A DNA stretch of 64,000 nucleotides from Planctomycetota bacterium (lineage in GTDB: Bacteria > Planctomycetota > Planctomycetia > Pirellulales > Lacipirellulaceae), in contig CAUZEA010000001.1 in assembly GCA_963578605.1 (NCBI GenBank), positions 83,749-147,748 of the forward strand. Reading direction: 5' to 3'. The position numbers and the translations under genes were made by a program. The notes under the pieces are model-generated. The model searched no databases, was not told the origin of the DNA, and saw only the letters and a list, made by a program, of their open reading frames with translations. Positions 18,353 through 28,887 of the stretch are shown piece by piece. The stretch's first letter is position 1. Each line of letters opens with the position of its first letter.

Positions 18353-19499
18353 TGATGCCTGGTTCTTTGACCTGAATTCCCTTGAGTGCCATTTTCAAGG
18401 CCTCGCGATTGGGCGCGACCTGCAGGGCAACTTCTCGATCAATCAGTTCCTTGTCGACCAGTTCCTTGAGACTTTGCGTAAAATCTTGCATCCCTTCTTC
18501 CTTCCCGATGCGAATCGCATCGGGTAGTTTTTCATCATGCTCCTCAAGCACGAGCTTCTGAACTATGGGTGAGAAATACATGATCTCAACGGCGGGAACA
18601 CGCCCAACCCCCTTCTTGATCGAAGGCAGGAGTTTCTGCGCGATAATCCCACGCATGTTGAAACAGATGGCGCTTCGCAAGGCGGAGTGCATGTCCTGGG
18701 GAAACAGGTCCAGAATCCGCCCAATGGTTGTTGCGGCACTACTGGCGTGAATCGTACCGAAGACAAGGTGGCCTGTTTCGGCTGCATGAATGGCAGTCAT
18801 AAAACTCTCCTTGTCGCGCATTTCTCCCACCAGCATGACGTCCGGGTCTTCCCGCACGGCATGCTTCATCCCGATTTCGAAGTCGATGACATCCAGGCCA
18901 ATCTCGCGCTGGTTGATCAAACACTTTTCTTCAGTGAAAACAAACTCGATTGGATCTTCAAGCGTCAATATATGTTTCCGATACCGACGATTCACCCAAT
19001 TGAGCATCGAGGCGATCGTCGTACTCTTTCCAGAACCGGTGATGCCTGCCAGCAGGATCATCCCCTGGTCATATTGACAGAGCCGCTCAATGGAGGGAGG
19101 CAAATTGAGCCCTTCAAAATCGGGAATCCAGCTATTGACTTTCCGCGCCACAAGTCCCACATGCCCTAGCTGTTGCAGCAGATTGACGCGAAATCGCCAA
19201 ACGGTCCCATCGACGTCGAGGGTGTAGGCGAAATCAGCCCCGCCGTCGTGCTCGAAGATCTTGCGATTTCGCTCATTCATCAAAGGAAAGCAAACGCGAA
19301 CCATCTCCTCGTCATCCATCGGCCCGCGCTCCAGCGGGCGGAGGATACCGTCGACCCGCAACATGGGCGGATTACCAACCTTTAAATGCAAATCGCTCGC
19401 TTCAAGTTTCACACAGGCGCGAAACAGTTTATCTGCCTCCAGGTGTTGCCGGGGGTGGATAAAACTACTCTTAAAATTGTCATCTTTGGCGGCGGTCAT
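18348..19499 (-). CDS. pilT: Type IV pilus retraction ATPase PilT/PilU family
   Basis: LAGITGSGKSTTIASM (Walker A), DPDVMLVGEMRD (Walker B), GHLVFGTIHASSA (His box), ASDLHLKVGNPPMLRVDG. Confidence 0.9.
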   Translation of the reverse strand: MTAAKDDNFKSSFIHPRQHLEADKLFRACVKLEASDLHLKVGNPPMLRVDGILRPLERGPMDDEEMVRVCFPLMNERNRKIFEHDGGADFAYTLDVDGTVWRFRVNLLQQLGHVGLVARKVNSWIPDFEGLNLPPSIERLCQYDQGMILLAGITGSGKSTTIASMLNWVNRRYRKHILTLEDPIEFVFTEEKCLINQREIGLDVIDFEIGMKHAVREDPDVMLVGEMRDKESFMTAIHAAETGHLVFGTIHASSAATTIGRILDLFPQDMHSALRSAICFNMRGIIAQKLLPSIKKGVGRVPAVEIMYFSPIVQKLVLEEHDEKLPDAIRIGKEEGMQDFTQSLKELVDKELIDREVALQVAPNREALKMALKGIQVKEPGII

Positions 19500-19514
19500 G
19501 GAGCACGTCTCCGC

Positions 19515-20288
19515 TTATTCGGCCAGGCGAACCGGGATGCCCCGGTCCGCCATCACTTGCTTGGTTTGCTGAATCGTAAATTGGCCAAAATGAAAAATAC
19601 TGGCAGCCAGGGCGGCGTCTGCCTTTGCTTTCGTAATTACATCCGCCAAATGTTCCGGACAGCCAGCTCCGCCACTGGCTACTACCGGGACCGAAACCGC
19701 TGCGCTGACCGCAGCGGTCATCTCCAGGTCAAAACCATCTTTGGTACCGTCGGCATCCATACTGGTGAGGACAATTTCCCCGGCACCCAACTGCTCAACT
19801 TGCCGGGCCCAGTCGACCGCTTCCAACCCCGTCGGAATCCGCCCCCCATTGATGTGCACTTCCCAACGCTGCTCCCCTTCGTGGGAAACACGTTTCGGGT
19901 CGATATTTACTACAATACACTGGCTACCGAAGCGACAGGCAGCTTGCCGCACAAACTCGGGATCGCGGACCGCGGCAGAATTGATCGAAACCTTGTCGCT
20001 GCCGGCTAACAGCAGCCCACGAATGTCCTCTATGGTGCGAATCCCACCACCAACGGTCAACGGCATGAAGATCTGCTCGGCGGTGCGGCGAACGACATCA
20101 AGCATAATGTCCCGCCCTTCGTGGCTGGCACAAATGTCGAGAAAAACCAACTCGTCAGCCCCCTCAATCTCGTACCGGGCTGCCACAGCCACCGGGTCGC
20201 CCGCATCGCGTAGATTCACGAAATTGGTTCCCTTGACCACCCGGCCACGGTCGACGTCTAAACAGGGAATCACGCGCTTGGCCAGCAT
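19515..20288 (-). CDS. hisF: Imidazole glycerol phosphate synthase cyclase subunit
   Basis: [33 protein letters not shown]...LTVGGGIRT...ASGGAG. The ORF-track start at 20312 is 8 codons further upstream. Confidence 0.93.
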   Translation of the reverse strand: MLAKRVIPCLDVDRGRVVKGTNFVNLRDAGDPVAVAARYEIEGADELVFLDICASHEGRDIMLDVVRRTAEQIFMPLTVGGGIRTIEDIRGLLLAGSDKVSINSAAVRDPEFVRQAACRFGSQCIVVNIDPKRVSHEGEQRWEVHINGGRIPTGLEAVDWARQVEQLGAGEIVLTSMDADGTKDGFDLEMTAAVSAAVSVPVVASGGAGCPEHLADVITKAKADAALAASIFHFGQFTIQQTKQVMADRGIPVRLAE

Positions 20289-20420
20289 CCCAATGTGAGC
20301 AATCTTGGGCAATCTCAGTGAAAAATGGGGGAAATCACACTAAACCTTTCAGTGTAAGTAGGCCTCCGGGGAGGGTCAACGGGCAGACGGCTGGCCTGGG
20401 CGACCTGAACTGGACGGCTC

Positions 20421-22475
20421 TCAAGCATGGTCCAGTGAACTGTCGGCTGGGGAACCCTCCTCAATCACGCAGTTGGGAAGCGATTCCAGGAACAAGCGGC
20501 CATACGCTTTGCTGCAAATGCGAGGATCGAGGCAGACGACCGTCCCAAAGTCGTTTTGGGTGCGGATAAGCCGGCCAAAACCTTGTTTGAACTTGATCAC
20601 CGCCTCGGGGAGTTGATAGTCGCGGAATGGATTTCCCCCGGCTACCCGAATCGCTTCGAGCCTGGCCTCGAGTAATGGCTGGTCCGGAACGCTAAAGGGA
20701 AGTTTGGCAATGATCACGGTCTGCAGGGCGTCACCCGGCACGTCGACCCCATGCCAGAAGCTGTCGGTTCCCAACAACACAGCCCGCGGGTTCTGTCGAA
20801 ACTCGTTGATCATTTGCGTACGTGGCATCCCATCGGCCTGGCTGAGCAGGCGCAAGTTCCACGATGTCAGCCAGGGGGCGAGTGCCGAACCGAATCGTCT
20901 CATCATCTCGTAACTGGTTAGAAGTACAAAGGTGTGGCCATCCGTTTTGGCAACAAAATGTTGAATCTGCTCTACGCACTGGCTCTCGTACGCTTCACGT
21001 TCACTCGTCGGATCTGGCATCTGGGGCAAGGTGATAAACTTTGCCTGCTCTTGGTAATTGAAAGGACTACCCAATTGAATCGATTCACACTGTGTTAATC
21101 CGATCCGCGATTTAAAGAACTCAAAGGATTGTTCCCGGCCAACGCCGAGAGTTGCGCTGGTCATAATCACGGTGGGGACTTTGTTGAAGAGGTGTTCTCG
21201 AAGAGCCGGCCCAACGTCAATTGGAGCGGCTGCGAGAGTGATTCGGGGGCGACCTCCGCGTCCTAAAAAAGCTTCCAGCCAGTAAACAGCATCTGCCTGC
21301 TTCTGAGACCGCCAGACTTCAATCTCGCCGGCCAGCACCATCAACCGGTCATGGGCAGCGATGAAGTCGTGGCGCTCCGACTCAATATGAATTCGCTGGC
21401 CGGCTGACTTAACACCGTGGGCAACCCTCTGCAGTGCGGTGGTCAGTTTGTTGGCGACGATTCCCCCTTCGATCACCCGACCATTGGATGGGGCGTAGCG
21501 ATCTTTCCACTGCCAAAGGTCGCCAAAAAACTCATCGGCGTGCAAGCGACAACCATCAACTTCTCGTGCCAGCTCGCGCAACTCGTGATGGATCAGCAAA
21601 CCTTTTTGGGTGCGATCGTTGTAGAGCTTGTTCAGCGTGTAGTCGACTTGTCCGCTTGTGACGCGAATTCCCAGGTGATTTCCTGCCACCGACTCGATGG
21701 TATGGGCTTCATCGAGAACCACCACGTCGTAATCGGGCAAGATGCTTACCCCTGAGCGGCGGAGGGCAAGGTCGCTAAACAAGAGCGCATGATTGACAAC
21801 CAGGATCTGCGCGTTCTGGACACGCCGCCGGGCTTTGAAATAAAAGCACTTGCTATAAGTTGGGCAACGCCTCCCCAGGCAATTCCCACTATCGCTGGCA
21901 ACTTCGTCCCACACCGACCCGAGCGGCTGGTGGTCGAGGTCGCTGAGGGAACCATCGACGGTACCCTTAGACCAGCTCGCAAGCTCGCGCAACTGGGTGA
22001 ACTCTTCATCGACCGAAAACATGCTGTCGGCACGTGCCAGCGCTGCCTGCAATCGTCGCAAGCTCAAATAGTTCCTTCGTCCTTTCACCAACACGGCGGT
22101 GAATTCACGGGGGATGACGGCATTCAAAAGCGGCAAATCATTGCCCATCAGCTGCTCTTGAAGACTGATCGTTTGTGTCGAAACGACGATCCGCGTCGGC
22201 GTTGATTGCCGATTCTCGTTTTCAGCGGTGGCCCGCTGTTCAGCGGTCAGGGCCGGCTGGGTGGCCGCGAGGATCGCCGGTACGAGATACGCGAAGCTTT
22301 TGCCAATCCCTGTACCCGCTTCGGCAACAAGATGATGCTGGTTCTCAATGGCTTTGGCCACGGCATCCCCCATGGTCAACTGCTCAACACGGTGCTCGTA
22401 GTTTGCGAGCCGGGCCGCGATACGACCGGTCGGGCCGAGAATTTCGGCAACTGTGAGAGGGACAGATGGGGTCAC
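20421..22475 (-). CDS. dinG: DinG-family ATP-dependent DNA helicase (superfamily 2, DEAH)
   Basis: [17 protein letters not shown] (motif I), [11 protein letters not shown] (DEAH), C-terminal [12 protein letters not shown]...QGFGRLIR. The GTG start overlaps the thiG stop (GTGA at 22472-22475). Confidence 0.85.
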   Translation of the reverse strand: MTPSVPLTVAEILGPTGRIAARLANYEHRVEQLTMGDAVAKAIENQHHLVAEAGTGIGKSFAYLVPAILAATQPALTAEQRATAENENRQSTPTRIVVSTQTISLQEQLMGNDLPLLNAVIPREFTAVLVKGRRNYLSLRRLQAALARADSMFSVDEEFTQLRELASWSKGTVDGSLSDLDHQPLGSVWDEVASDSGNCLGRRCPTYSKCFYFKARRRVQNAQILVVNHALLFSDLALRRSGVSILPDYDVVVLDEAHTIESVAGNHLGIRVTSGQVDYTLNKLYNDRTQKGLLIHHELRELAREVDGCRLHADEFFGDLWQWKDRYAPSNGRVIEGGIVANKLTTALQRVAHGVKSAGQRIHIESERHDFIAAHDRLMVLAGEIEVWRSQKQADAVYWLEAFLGRGGRPRITLAAAPIDVGPALREHLFNKVPTVIMTSATLGVGREQSFEFFKSRIGLTQCESIQLGSPFNYQEQAKFITLPQMPDPTSEREAYESQCVEQIQHFVAKTDGHTFVLLTSYEMMRRFGSALAPWLTSWNLRLLSQADGMPRTQMINEFRQNPRAVLLGTDSFWHGVDVPGDALQTVIIAKLPFSVPDQPLLEARLEAIRVAGGNPFRDYQLPEAVIKFKQGFGRLIRTQNDFGTVVCLDPRICSKAYGRLFLESLPNCVIEEGSPADSSLDHA

Positions 22476-23332
22476 CGCGGTTTGAGTGAAATAACACCCT
22501 CGTCAGGGCTGCTGGCTGTGGCATAGAGTTTTTTCGGTATCCGCTCGGCGAGGTATGCCAGGCGACCCGCGTCACAGGCGAGGCGCATCGCCCGGGCCAT
22601 CGATACGGGAACTCCCGCGTGAGCAATGCCGGTATTCAAGAGTACGCCATCCACACCCAGTTCCATGGCCACCGTGACGTCGCTCGCAGTCCCCACACCG
22701 GCGTCGACAATGACCGGATAGTCGGGATCATTTTCCTTCAGGTACTCCAGGCAAATGCGGATGTTATTCGGATTCAACACGCCCTGCCCCGACCCGATCG
22801 GACTGCCAGCCGGCATCACGCTGGTGGCTCCCGCTTCTTTCAGGTGGCGGGCGATCACGGGATCGTCGGTTGAATAGCAGAGAACCTGGAATCCTTCGGC
22901 AACCAGCTGTTCGGTCGCTCGAAGGGTTGCTACCGGGTCGGGAAGCAGGGTGCGGGTATCGGCCAACACCTCCAATTTCACCCAGTCGGCTCCCGAGTTC
23001 TCCAACCCGAGTAGAATCTCGCGTCCCAAGCGGGCAACACGGACCGCATCTTCCGCTGAAAAACAGCCTGCCGTGTTCGGCAGGAGCGTGTACCGACTGG
23101 TATCGATCGCATCGATAAGGTTCTTCCCGTCGGCATCGATCAACCTGTCGCGCCGGACCGCAACGGTAATGCAATCGGTACCCGAGGTGTCCAACGCCTC
23201 GCCCATTAGTTCATAGCTGGCATACTTGCCCGTACCGACAATCAACCGGCTTTGCAGGGTATGTGTCCCCAATTGAAGTGGATCGTCGACAGTCGTGAAC
23301 GGCTGAGCTAGTCGAGTTATTTCTGGTTCCAT
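22472..23332 (-). CDS. thiG: Thiazole synthase
   Basis: [32 protein letters not shown]...LPNTAGC...[13 protein letters not shown]...[13 protein letters not shown] at 23332 is preferred over the longer ORF start at 23398. Confidence 0.9.
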   Translation of the reverse strand: MEPEITRLAQPFTTVDDPLQLGTHTLQSRLIVGTGKYASYELMGEALDTSGTDCITVAVRRDRLIDADGKNLIDAIDTSRYTLLPNTAGCFSAEDAVRVARLGREILLGLENSGADWVKLEVLADTRTLLPDPVATLRATEQLVAEGFQVLCYSTDDPVIARHLKEAGATSVMPAGSPIGSGQGVLNPNNIRICLEYLKENDPDYPVIVDAGVGTASDVTVAMELGVDGVLLNTGIAHAGVPVSMARAMRLACDAGRLAYLAERIPKKLYATASSPDEGVISLKPR

Positions 23333-23421
23333 CAAATCTGCAACTCCGTTTGGTCCCTGAACGGTTGGGGCCGAGCTGGTTGAACCAACTGAGCCCACCC
23401 AAACTTTATCTTATGGCGAAG

Positions 23422-23622
23422 TTAGCCGCCACCGACTAACGTCACCACTTCCAGTGCATCGCCCGATTTCAGCTCGGTTTGAGCATGGCGTGCCCGCGGT
23501 ACCAAATCGCGGTTCACTTCGACTGCCACGTGCGGAACGGCCACTGCAAGTTCCTTCAGCAGGTCGGCCACCGTTAATCCATCGGCAATTGCACGGCTTT
23601 GCCCGTTAACAGTAATCTGCAT
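23422..23622 (-). CDS. thiS: Sulfur-carrier protein ThiS
   Basis: MQITVNGQSRAIADGLTVADLL...GDALEVVTLVGGG, about 66 aa, with C-terminal GG, immediately upstream of thiG. Confidence 0.8.
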   Translation of the reverse strand: MQITVNGQSRAIADGLTVADLLKELAVAVPHVAVEVNRDLVPRARHAQTELKSGDALEVVTLVGGG

Positions 23623-23663
23623 CGTATCCACAGGAATGCCTTCCTTTGCTGTGGGCAACTCAC

Positions 23664-24191
23664 CTATTGTTCATCGCGAACAAAAGCGGTTCGCATCTGA
23701 ATAACACCCAGGGGAACCAAAGAGCCAATCTGCGGTTTGCCGGCAGCCTGCATGCCAGGATTCCAGGGAATCGTGTAGGCAGCCACTTTTCCAGTACTGG
23801 CTTCGGCAATGTATACGCTGCTATCGGCGAACTGGAAACCAGATCGCCCACGGGGTATTTGGGTCAAACCGGTTACCATTAAGTATCTCGACTTTCGTCC
23901 TGAGTTTTCAAAATCAGACGCGATATTGTACGTAAAACGAGAATTGAACTGTCCCGTCTTGGGATTGAGGACCGCTGCCCTAAGGTCTCCGGTCAGGAAA
24001 TCGAGAAAAAAAATCGCTTCCACGCCATTTTTCACCAGCCCGGTGGCAATCGCAAACTTGTCGACGCCTTGAGTGGCGCTGGCGTGAAGTGGAATATTTG
24101 GCCACAAGCCCTGGATGTTGAGCCCGACCATCAGGCCCAACAAGAGGCCAATTGCCAGATAAAGCGGGGCCTTGGTTTTTGACGGTATCAT
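23664..24191 (-). CDS. Hypothetical N-terminally anchored exported protein
   Basis: MIPSKTKAPLYLAIGLLLGLMVGL anchor. No competing ORF of comparable quality. Confidence 0.5.
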   Translation of the reverse strand: MIPSKTKAPLYLAIGLLLGLMVGLNIQGLWPNIPLHASATQGVDKFAIATGLVKNGVEAIFFLDFLTGDLRAAVLNPKTGQFNSRFTYNIASDFENSGRKSRYLMVTGLTQIPRGRSGFQFADSSVYIAEASTGKVAAYTIPWNPGMQAAGKPQIGSLVPLGVIQMRTAFVRDEQ

Positions 24192-24280
24192 GGTGGTATT
24201 CTCCCGATTTCCGGTCTGGTTCCACGGGGGCTGGAAATCTGGGGCCCCAATTGTATCGTACCGGTTTCGATGGTTTGATT

Positions 24281-24724
24281 CTAGCGTCCTGGTGATTCAG
24301 CCTCAGTGGTTTCGGAACCGGCCTTTTCAGGGTCCCGATCTGTATTCTTTTTCGCAGCGGCAGCCGCTGATTGTTCCGTGGCTTTGGACCGTGCCGTCTG
24401 TTGCAGACGGCGCAAAAAGTCCATTATCGTGGGTTGGGGAATCACCTGGGTCCGGCCATAAGTATACTGGTCGGCAATCACGGTTCCTGCGCGTACCACG
24501 TCGATATTGAGTTGGCCACCAGCCCGAACTGCCTGTGGACTAGGTCTGCCAAGTGAACCAATCATCTGGGGCGGAGCCAGGGGGCTGCTCTCACCGTCAA
24601 TCAGCGTGAGTTGTTCACAGACGACGTGTCGCGACCAGGTCTGGTCAAATAGTTCGTCGCGCAAAGCGACTCCCAGGGCGAGAAACAGCAGGGGATACAC
24701 AATCCAGCGTTCACGCTCACTCAT
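24281..24724 (-). CDS. Hypothetical N-terminally anchored protein
   Basis: MSERERWIVYPLLFLALGVAL anchor. Co-directional with its neighbours. Confidence 0.5.
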   Translation of the reverse strand: MSERERWIVYPLLFLALGVALRDELFDQTWSRHVVCEQLTLIDGESSPLAPPQMIGSLGRPSPQAVRAGGQLNIDVVRAGTVIADQYTYGRTQVIPQPTIMDFLRRLQQTARSKATEQSAAAAAKKNTDRDPEKAGSETTEAESPGR

Positions 24725-24837
24725 GGAACGTTCCTTTCGGGAAAGCCAGGATGGCGGACAGACGAAAAAGAGACTTGTGGTTTTGGAAGCTTCGATGGTG
24801 GGGGCGTTGGTAACTCCGACTCGTCGACTTCAACCCG

Positions 24838-25287
24838 TCAGGACCGTCGACGTACAAACAAAAGTGACCCGAACCTTGGATCGGCTCCCTCCTCGATAAG
24901 TGTAAACTGATGGCCGTCTGCGGAAAGAGCAACAGCGAAGTTGCGGACTTCCAGCGGCATCGATCGATCTTCCGGACGTTCGGCCACCAATTGCAGGCGG
25001 AGTTGCCTACCATTGGCATTCAAGACCTTCCAGGTGCCACGTAGACGTTCCTGTTGGTCTCCTCGCCACATCTCAACACTTTGGTCTCCTCGCAAATCGA
25101 GCGTCAGTTGGAAATCCAGTCTTTGCAGATCTGTCGGCTCCAGATCGTTGTCCGACGAGGCGCCGGTGGGACGACCTTCCCAAGTCCCGACCAATTGCCG
25201 AGATACCGCCGTATGACAGCCAACAATGCCCAGCAATCCGACCAACAAGAGCCTCTCGACCCGTATGCTCCGCTCAATCACAAACAA
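24838..25287 (-). CDS. Hypothetical lipoprotein
   Basis: LLLVGLLGIVGCHTAV is a lipobox-like sequence near the N-terminus. Confidence 0.5.
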   Translation of the reverse strand: MFVIERSIRVERLLLVGLLGIVGCHTAVSRQLVGTWEGRPTGASSDNDLEPTDLQRLDFQLTLDLRGDQSVEMWRGDQQERLRGTWKVLNANGRQLRLQLVAERPEDRSMPLEVRNFAVALSADGHQFTLIEEGADPRFGSLLFVRRRS

Positions 25288-25473
25288 TCTCGGTCTCCGA
25301 TGGACAGATAAGCCGTCGTGGTTTGGAAGGAGAATCCGAACGTCGGTCTCATTGTAAGCATCCGGCAGTCAGTCGACCAAGAGAAAGAGGTTGCGACGAG
25401 TCTCAACGAAAGCCTGAGGCGAGAAACAAAAAGCCACCCGCTGACAACCAGGGGTCAACGGGTGGCCACGAAG

Positions 25474-25548
25474 GGTGGCTGATGGGGCTTGAACCCACGA
25501 CCTCCGGAACCACAATCCGGCGCTCTAGCCAACTGAGCTACAGCCACC
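25474..25548 (-). tRNA. tRNA-His (anticodon GTG)
   Basis: The reverse complement reads G-GTGGCTG-TA-GCTCAGTTGGCTAGAGC-G-CCGGA-TTGTGGT-TCCGG-AGGTC-GTGGGTTCAAGCCCCAT-CAGCCAC-C. It folds as a cloverleaf with the extra G-1 typical of tRNA-His. CCA is not encoded. Confidence 0.9.
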
Positions 25549-25610
25549 ACCGCAGAAGAACGCATCAAACTCGGTATCTTGACTGGGACTTTCGTGCCTC
25601 GGGCACTCCA

Positions 25611-25733
25611 TCACCGGGTACGCGATCGCCAGGCCAGCGCTAACAACGCCGCTCCGGAAACCAATCCCACTGCGAATGTCAGCAAAAACTCTGGCATTTC
25701 AAAATGCGTGATGTGGGCGATCAATTCTGTCAT
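25611..25733 (-). CDS. Possible 40-aa small membrane protein (below the ORF-track cutoff)
   Basis: Manual translation gives MTELIAHITHFEMPEFLLTFAVGLVSGAALLALAWRSRTR. It has one hydrophobic helix and no other support. Confidence 0.25.
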   Translation of the reverse strand: MTELIAHITHFEMPEFLLTFAVGLVSGAALLALAWRSRTR

Positions 25734-26115
25734 TGCTTGGTCATCTCCGTCGGTTCTGATCAGTATCAGATCTGTATCGGAACCAGTTCATAGCTCAAGG
25801 GTTCAAATTCGCGGGGGAAATCAAACCTGGCCCAATGATCTTTCGACACGCCAGTCTCCCAACGAAACTGCTTTGAGGGTCCCTCCTACCATACAGATCG
25901 ACCCGAGTGGCAGCAACCGGTCAAGAATTCGTTGCCAGCTGCATGGTAAGCTTATTGGATAAATTGGTGTCCCCTTGCTCATCTCAGAGCCCCACCGCAA
26001 AGAGCCTTTGACCGACCCAAAAAATCACCGCTTCCGCAGGAAACAAAAGAAAACCGGACCACTGCGTGGTGCGAAAATTCGGCCAACTAGCCGGTTTCCG
26101 GGAATTCCAGGGCGG

Positions 26116-27558
26116 TTACCGGCCTGTGCTCTGAAGAAACTCAAGATATTGGCGATCGAGTTCGGTAGAGGACTGTCCCGTGGCTTCGGCAAGTGATGCC
26201 GAGCTATCGCGACCGGCATAGACGTCGAGAAGATATTGAACAAACGGCTCACGATAGGCTCCCTCCCTGGCATGCATCAGAAAGGTGGCCAATCCGGCCG
26301 ACTGGCTGTAGAGCTGACGAATATCAGGGTTTCGCTGCAGGTCAAGCTTGCCGAAACGGGTGAAATCGGCCAGGGGAAGATAAACCTGGTCGCTCACCGC
26401 TCGCTTTGCAGCTGCTGGCAACCTTCCGGCCGAGGCCGTTCCAATCGTGTAATAAGGGTGCCCTGCAGAATCGACGTGCTCCACGAGCGACTCAAAATAA
26501 GTGGCGACCCCTTCGATGACCCAAAAGTTAGCTATCTGACCAACGTGCCGGACAGCCTTGCGGGACTCGTGAAAGAGTTGATGAACCGCCTCGTGATAGA
26601 GGGTCGCCAGGGCATGGTCCGGTAGCGTTTGCAAGCGGTTGGACTGCCCTCCGGGGGCCTGGGATGAACCGTTATTTTGCCCGGCATAGAAATGCGCCTC
26701 GCCGAGGGTATCGAAATAGATTCCCACTGTCTTTCCAATCTGCGGCTGCCGCTGACGAAGCGCTTCGACATATTGCTGATGATCACGATGGTAAACCACG
26801 TGAAACGGCTTGCTCCGCTGGGGCGGGTTGCGCTCACCTGCAAACAGCTGGCGAACTTCGCGCTTGCTGAGGTCGAAGGCCGCAAACAATTGCCGCCACA
26901 CCTGGTAGAGCCCTTCCAGGTGGGTGGCCAATTTGGCTCCCGCTTCCAGGCTGTGATTGGTGGTCACCAAGAAATGATCCGTGCGGATTCGCCAGCCCGT
27001 TTCGATTGTCTGGTGCCGACGGGCATCGACTTCGGCGGTGACCCATTGGTTGCCCACCCGCCGTTCGCCACGTTCATAGCGGAAGAGGTCGTGCACACCA
27101 ATCCAGCCAAATTGCGGATGCCAGGCCTTTTTGCGATCAGCCATTTTACGGGCCAACGGGGTCAGCCACTGACCGGCGTGTTGCTGGTAACCCAGGATTC
27201 GACGGGCGGCCGCGTGATTCGGGTCGCAGCGAACCACTTCGGTGGCCCACTGCAGGGCAACCGATGCATGGCCCGATTCCGCGGCACGCTGGGCAAGTGC
27301 AAACAGTTCGGTTGCATAGCGGCGTTCCGCCGATGACACCTCGCCCGTTCTCCCGGGGACCGGGCAGTACTGGTTCGCGGCCACGAACAAAAGTTCGCCA
27401 TGCGCAGGATCTGCCGGTCGTCCGGTCTGAGCGGCATACCGGGCTACCAGGTTGCGATGTGCTTGTTGAAGTTCGCCAGCGGCTTCCCGTGCCCGACTGG
27501 AGCTCGTCAGCAAGCAACCCGCCAGGAGAATCAAGGCTAAATAGCGCAATGGGAGCAT
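26116..27558 (-). CDS. Exported HExxH zinc-metallopeptidase-like protein (DUF1570-like, tentative)
   Basis: Signal peptide MLPLRYLALILLAGCLLTSSSRA. Motif ATLYHEAVHQLFHE. Confidence 0.7.
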   Translation of the reverse strand: MLPLRYLALILLAGCLLTSSSRAREAAGELQQAHRNLVARYAAQTGRPADPAHGELLFVAANQYCPVPGRTGEVSSAERRYATELFALAQRAAESGHASVALQWATEVVRCDPNHAAARRILGYQQHAGQWLTPLARKMADRKKAWHPQFGWIGVHDLFRYERGERRVGNQWVTAEVDARRHQTIETGWRIRTDHFLVTTNHSLEAGAKLATHLEGLYQVWRQLFAAFDLSKREVRQLFAGERNPPQRSKPFHVVYHRDHQQYVEALRQRQPQIGKTVGIYFDTLGEAHFYAGQNNGSSQAPGGQSNRLQTLPDHALATLYHEAVHQLFHESRKAVRHVGQIANFWVIEGVATYFESLVEHVDSAGHPYYTIGTASAGRLPAAAKRAVSDQVYLPLADFTRFGKLDLQRNPDIRQLYSQSAGLATFLMHAREGAYREPFVQYLLDVYAGRDSSASLAEATGQSSTELDRQYLEFLQSTGR

Positions 27559-27698
27559 ACGTGAAGTTCTGGGAGAATGGCGGTCCTCTGCGGGGGACCC
27601 GCGGATACCTCTATTCTACCATCTGTACGAAGATTGAAACGGTATCTGCACGGAGAATGAAACTGGACCGGAGCAGGATCCCTGTTTCGCCTGACGGA

Positions 27699-28697
27699 TC
27701 AGTGTGCGGCAAACGCGGCATCGAAGATCAACTGACTTGGCTGAAAGTCAATTCGCTTGACAAATTCGCAAGCCTCGCGGAGCCCATGCTCACGATCCAT
27801 GCCGTTATCTTCCCACTCGACACTCAAGGGACCATCGTACCCCACCACGTTGAGAGCTCTCACGATTTCTTCGAAGTTCACACTGCCACGACCGGGTGAA
27901 CGGAAATCCCAGCCACGGAGCGGGTGCCCAAAATTAAAGTGACTGGTGAGAATCCCTGTTTTTCCATCGAGGGTAACGATCGAATCCTTGACATGCACAT
28001 GATACATTCGATCAGGAAATTCGCGAATGAACTGAACCGGATCCACTCCCTGCCAGTTAAGGTGGCTGGGATCGAAATTGAATCCAAACTCTTCCCGGTT
28101 ATCGAGGACGTCGAGGGCCCGACGAGCGCTATACAAGTCGAAAGCGATTTCGGTCGGGTGAACTTCCAGGGCAAACCGTACGCCACATTCTCCGAAGACA
28201 TCGAGAATCGGATTCCAGCGATTGGCGAAGTCTTGAAAACCTTCATCGATCCTGTCCTCGGACACCGGTGGAAACCCGTAAACCAAATGCCAGATCGACG
28301 AACCTGTGAAACCGTTCACAATACCTACGCCGAATTTTTGTGCGGCGCGGGCCGCATTCTTCATTTCCTCGGCAGCTCGCTGACGCACCCCCTCCGGATC
28401 ACCATCACCCCAAATGTAATCGGGTAGAATATCACGGTGGTGACCCTCGACACGGTCGCAAACGCATTGTCCGACGAGATGATTGCTGATCGAGTGGCAT
28501 TGCAAATCAAACCGATCCAACAGGTCACGTTTGGAATCGGTGTAGTCGGGTTCGGCCAGCGCTCGATCGACTTCAAAATGGTCACCCCAGCAGGCGAGTT
28601 CCAGGCCCTGGTAGCCCGCATCGCTTGCCAAACGCGCAAGGTCTTCGAGAGGCAAATCTGCAAATTGTCCAGTAAAGAGGGTAACAGGTCGCGCCAT
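27699..28697 (-). CDS. Sugar phosphate isomerase/epimerase (xylose isomerase-like TIM barrel)
   Basis: [41 protein letters not shown]...LEVHP...HVHVKD...SVEWED. Confidence 0.85.
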   Translation of the reverse strand: MARPVTLFTGQFADLPLEDLARLASDAGYQGLELACWGDHFEVDRALAEPDYTDSKRDLLDRFDLQCHSISNHLVGQCVCDRVEGHHRDILPDYIWGDGDPEGVRQRAAEEMKNAARAAQKFGVGIVNGFTGSSIWHLVYGFPPVSEDRIDEGFQDFANRWNPILDVFGECGVRFALEVHPTEIAFDLYSARRALDVLDNREEFGFNFDPSHLNWQGVDPVQFIREFPDRMYHVHVKDSIVTLDGKTGILTSHFNFGHPLRGWDFRSPGRGSVNFEEIVRALNVVGYDGPLSVEWEDNGMDREHGLREACEFVKRIDFQPSQLIFDAAFAAH

Positions 28698-28887
28698 TGG
28701 AAAGACTCCTTGTAATGATGGCAATTTTTCTTGGAAAAGATGGGGCTCAATGCATCTGCCAGCAGTCTGGGTACAGCCGTCCGCTGGAAACCAACGAGCC
28801 GATAACCAGCCGAACTCAACTCCTCATCCGAGTTGTACGCCTGTCAATGACGCTCATCCCCTACTTTGGGCATGCTATACTTTTGAA

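Noticed and set aside
23623-23663. Expected TPP riboswitch upstream of thiS
   Set aside because: Only about 41 nt separate thiS from the preceding gene, too short for the roughly 100-nt aptamer. No CTGAGA/ACCTGA-type core is visible.
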